Positions 23,178-25,876 of a stretch of DNA of 25,876 bases are shown here, one piece after another; the first letter of the stretch is position 1, and every line of letters begins with the position of its first letter. Origin of the DNA: Candidatus Fraserbacteria bacterium (lineage in GTDB: Bacteria; Bipolaricaulota; Bipolaricaulia; RBG-16-55-9; JANLFV01); assembly GCA_037446135.1 (NCBI GenBank), contig JBBIJD010000006.1, forward strand, positions 1 to 25,876, read 5' to 3'. Below the pieces are notes generated by a model. It made no database searches. It saw only the letters and a program-made list of their open reading frames with translations, and had not been told where the DNA came from. The translations under genes and the position numbers were made by a program.

Positions 23178-24963
23178 GGAGCTCCATGAGCCGGGGGCGG
23201 TCCTCTTCCGAGAGGGCGAGCCGGCCCGGGACTTCTTCCTCGTCCTTGCCGGTGAGGTCGCACTGGAGATGGGGGTCCAGCTCTGGCCCGGAGCGCCCAA
23301 GCGCCAGGTAGAGGTGGAGGCCGTCTCCAGTGGCGGGAGCTTCGGCTGGTCGGCCCTCATCGGCCCTCATACCCGGACCCTCTCCGCCAGGTGCCGGGGC
23401 GAGACGAGGCTGATCGCCCTCCCCGGGGATGAGCTCCGCCGGCTACTCGACTCCGACCCGAAGGTCGGCCATAAAGTATCCAAGAAGCTTGCCGAATTGG
23501 TCGCCTCCCGTCTCCGCGAGACCAGGGCCAAGCTGATGGAGTTCCTCCGGGGCGAGGAACTAGTCGCTGGTTTTACCCCCGAGGAGGCCACCCTCCTCCG
23601 CCGGGTCGGGTATCTCATCAACTTCCGCTGGCTCGCTGTCTTGGGGATCATTGCCGTGGCCATCTTCGCCCGGCTAGCCCTGGGGATCGGCTTCCCCTTC
23701 CCGATCGTCCTTGCGCTCGCCGCCGCGATCGGCCTCTATAACCTCGGCCTCTTGCTCTATGCTAAAGGGGCGCTCCAGGTGGCCAGGGCCGAGCTCATCC
23801 CCAGGGCGAGGAGGTTCATCCTCTTCCAGAGCGCCCTCGACCTTTTAGCCTTCACCGCGATCTTCCGGTTCACCGGCGGGATCGAGAACCCCTTCATCCT
23901 TTACTACATCTTCCACATCATCATTGCCGGGGTCCTCCTACCCTATCGCTCGGCCTACCTCATCACCACCCTGGCCGCGGTGCTGATCTCAGGCTTAGCC
24001 GGACTGGAATACTTCGGGATCATCCCCCACTATCATCTTGAGGGCTTCCTCCCATTCGAGCTCTACCACCAAGGGTTGATGGTCTTGGGGATCCTCTTCG
24101 CACTGATCACGACCCTCTATGTCTCGACCTATATCGCCACCTCGATCGCCGGTGAACTGAGGAAGAGGCAGCGAGAGGTGGCCAGGCTCAAGGACCGCTG
24201 CTTCCTCGATATGAAGGAGCTGGAGGAGGTCAACAAGAGGCTCGTCGAGCTCGACCGCCTCCGGACCCATTTCTTGGCGATTGCCTCCCATGACCTCAAG
24301 GCCCCGCTCGCTGCGGTCCAGAGCTACCTCGGGGTCCTCCTCGGGGGATTCGTCGGGGAGCTCACCGATCGCCAGAGGGAGATGCTCTCGAGGAGCAGTA
24401 TCAGGATCAAAGAGCTCCTGAACTTGATCAACGACCTCCTGGACGCCACGCGGATCGAGGCCGGTCAGATCGTCCAGGAGATGGAGGAGATCGAGCTTGC
24501 CCCGGTGGTGGAAGCCGCCTTGGAGAATATCCGCTCTCAAGCGGAGGAGAAGGGGCTCAGGCTCGAATGGTCCCTCCCCGAGAGGCTCCTCAAGATCAAG
24601 GTCCGGGCCTCGGCCCGAAGGCTCGAGCAGGTCCTGACGAACCTCCTCAACAATGCCATCAAGTTCACCCCCGAGGGCGGTGAGGTCCGCCTCGAGGTCG
24701 AGGACCACGGGGACCATCTCCGGGTGGCGGTCCGGGACACCGGTGTGGGGATCGAGCCGGAAGAGCTACCGAGGATCTTCGAGGAGTTCTATCGCGGTAA
24801 GAGCGCGGAGGGGAAAGGCGCGGGGCTGGGGCTGGCGATCGCTCGAAAGATCGTCGAGGCCCACGGTGGGAAGATCTGGGCCGAGAGCCCCGATCCGGCC
24901 ACAGGCCGAGGGAGCCGGTTCACTTTCACCCTTCCGAAGCTGGCCGAAGGAGGAGGGAGATGA
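23089..24963 (+). CDS. Sensor histidine kinase: N-terminal cNMP-binding-like domain, ~6-TM RegB/PilS-like domain, HisKA, HATPase
   Basis: LFSGL...LFREGEPARDFFLVLAGEV...FGWSAL, TM region with FRW and TGGIENPF, H-box ASHDLKAPL, N-box NLLNNAIKFT, DTGVGI and GAGLGLAI. Start ATG 23089 is inferred. Confidence 0.9.
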   Translation: MVPVQLLRRFELFSGLTEEELAQLAALGREELHEPGAVLFREGEPARDFFLVLAGEVALEMGVQLWPGAPKRQVEVEAVSSGGSFGWSALIGPHTRTLSARCRGETRLIALPGDELRRLLDSDPKVGHKVSKKLAELVASRLRETRAKLMEFLRGEELVAGFTPEEATLLRRVGYLINFRWLAVLGIIAVAIFARLALGIGFPFPIVLALAAAIGLYNLGLLLYAKGALQVARAELIPRARRFILFQSALDLLAFTAIFRFTGGIENPFILYYIFHIIIAGVLLPYRSAYLITTLAAVLISGLAGLEYFGIIPHYHLEGFLPFELYHQGLMVLGILFALITTLYVSTYIATSIAGELRKRQREVARLKDRCFLDMKELEEVNKRLVELDRLRTHFLAIASHDLKAPLAAVQSYLGVLLGGFVGELTDRQREMLSRSSIRIKELLNLINDLLDATRIEAGQIVQEMEEIELAPVVEAALENIRSQAEEKGLRLEWSLPERLLKIKVRASARRLEQVLTNLLNNAIKFTPEGGEVRLEVEDHGDHLRVAVRDTGVGIEPEELPRIFEEFYRGKSAEGKGAGLGLAIARKIVEAHGGKIWAESPDPATGRGSRFTFTLPKLAEGGGR

Positions 24964-25876
24964 AGGCCGGGAGCAACCTGGAGAAGGTCCTGGAGAGCGG
25001 TCAGTTTGCCGTCACCTGCGAGCTCGGCCCGCCGCGGGGGACGAGCCGGAGGGCCATCGAGACCAAGGCCGAGTTCCTCCGAGATTACTGCGATGCGATC
25101 AATGTCACTGATAACCAGACCGCGATCGTCCGGATGGGGAGCCTCCCCTCATGTGTGATCCTCCGGGAGATGGGGCTCGAGCCGGTCCTCCAGATCACCA
25201 CCCGTGATCGGAACAGGCTGGCGATCCAGAGCGACATCCTCGGGGCCGTGGCCCTAGGGATCAAGAATGTCCTCTGCCTCTCGGGAGATCATCCCCGGCT
25301 GGGGGACCATCCCCAAGCCAAGGGTGTCTGGGACCTCGACTCGATCCAGCTCATCCAGACATTGAAGCAGATGCGGGATGAGCGGAAGCTCCTCTCGGGG
25401 AACGAGATCCGCGGGGAGGTCCCCTTGTTCATCGGTGCGGCCGCGAATCCATTCGCTGACCCCTTCGAGTTCAGGGTCATCCGGCTGGGGAAGAAGGTAA
25501 AGGCCGGAGCGGACTTCATCCAGACCCAGGCGGTCTTCGACCTCCCCAGGTTCAAGCGGTTCATGGAGCTGGTAAGGGATCAGGGGCTCGATGAGCGGGT
25601 CCACATCCTCGCCGGGATCATACCCCCCAAGTCGGCCGGTATGGCCCGCTACATGCGGGACTATGTGGCCGGGATCCTCGTCCCCGACGAGGTAGTGAAG
25701 CGGATGGAGGATGCCAAGGACGCCAAAGAGGAGGGGATCGCGATCTCCTTGGAGATCATCGCGCAGATCCTCGAGATCCCCGGGGTCCACGGGGTTCATA
25801 TCATGGCCGTCGGCTGGGAGGAGGCCATCCCGGAGATCGTCGAGCGGGCCAAACTCCTCCCCAGGCCGATCGTCTA
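24960..25876 (+). CDS. metF: Methylenetetrahydrofolate reductase MetF (runs to the window end; absent from the ORF track)
   Basis: Manual translation from ATG 24960 (ATGA overlap, SD GGAGG): MKAGSNLEKVLESGQFAVTCELGPPRG...NVTDNQ...RDRNRLAIQSDILGA...LSGDH...KKVKAGADFIQTQ...GVHIMA...LLPRPIV. The last two bases, TA, probably begin the stop codon, giving about 305 aa. Confidence 0.95.
   Translation, partial: MKAGSNLEKVLESGQFAVTCELGPPRGTSRRAIETKAEFLRDYCDAINVTDNQTAIVRMGSLPSCVILREMGLEPVLQITTRDRNRLAIQSDILGAVALGIKNVLCLSGDHPRLGDHPQAKGVWDLDSIQLIQTLKQMRDERKLLSGNEIRGEVPLFIGAAANPFADPFEFRVIRLGKKVKAGADFIQTQAVFDLPRFKRFMELVRDQGLDERVHILAGIIPPKSAGMARYMRDYVAGILVPDEVVKRMEDAKDAKEEGIAISLEIIAQILEIPGVHGVHIMAVGWEEAIPEIVERAKLLPRPIV

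Noticed and set aside
1..25876. Mobile element, prophage or defence system
   Set aside because: No transposase, integrase, phage or recognisable defence genes; every long ORF is otherwise explained.

Overview
A gene-dense, high-GC bacterial window with no rRNA, tRNA, CRISPR array or mobile element that I can support. The gene content points to an anaerobe; a Bipolaricaulota/Acetothermia-like or similar lineage is a guess, not shown. Block 1 (1-2.8 kb): 5'-truncated endonuclease III, a secreted, C-terminally anchored long coiled-coil protein, and an atypical SDR. Block 2 (2.9-13.6 kb): a PucR-family regulator with a candidate operator, a BMP-type ABC transporter, and genes for DUF2877, DUF1116 and FdrA plus a stand-alone 63-aa module. 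These are homologues of the E. coli AllFGH oxamate carbamoyltransferase, but there is no carbamate kinase or allantoin enzyme in the window. Block 3 (13.6-25.9 kb) is a C1/H2 cluster: NUDIX hydrolase, mobA, a Cys-type formate dehydrogenase catalytic subunit, a tandem-ACT protein, fhs and metV. Divergent from metV is an apparent operon of a Tat-less group-1-like [NiFe]-hydrogenase (small and large subunits), its maturation protease, an orphan cNMP-domain/RegB-like (GGxxNPF) histidine kinase and metF, which runs to the window end and is missing from the ORF track. The best candidate for an undescribed system is this hydrogenase-kinase cassette sitting between metV and metF under mirror-image promoters. 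It may be an H2-coupled methylene-THF reductase module or a non-group-2b H2-sensing system.
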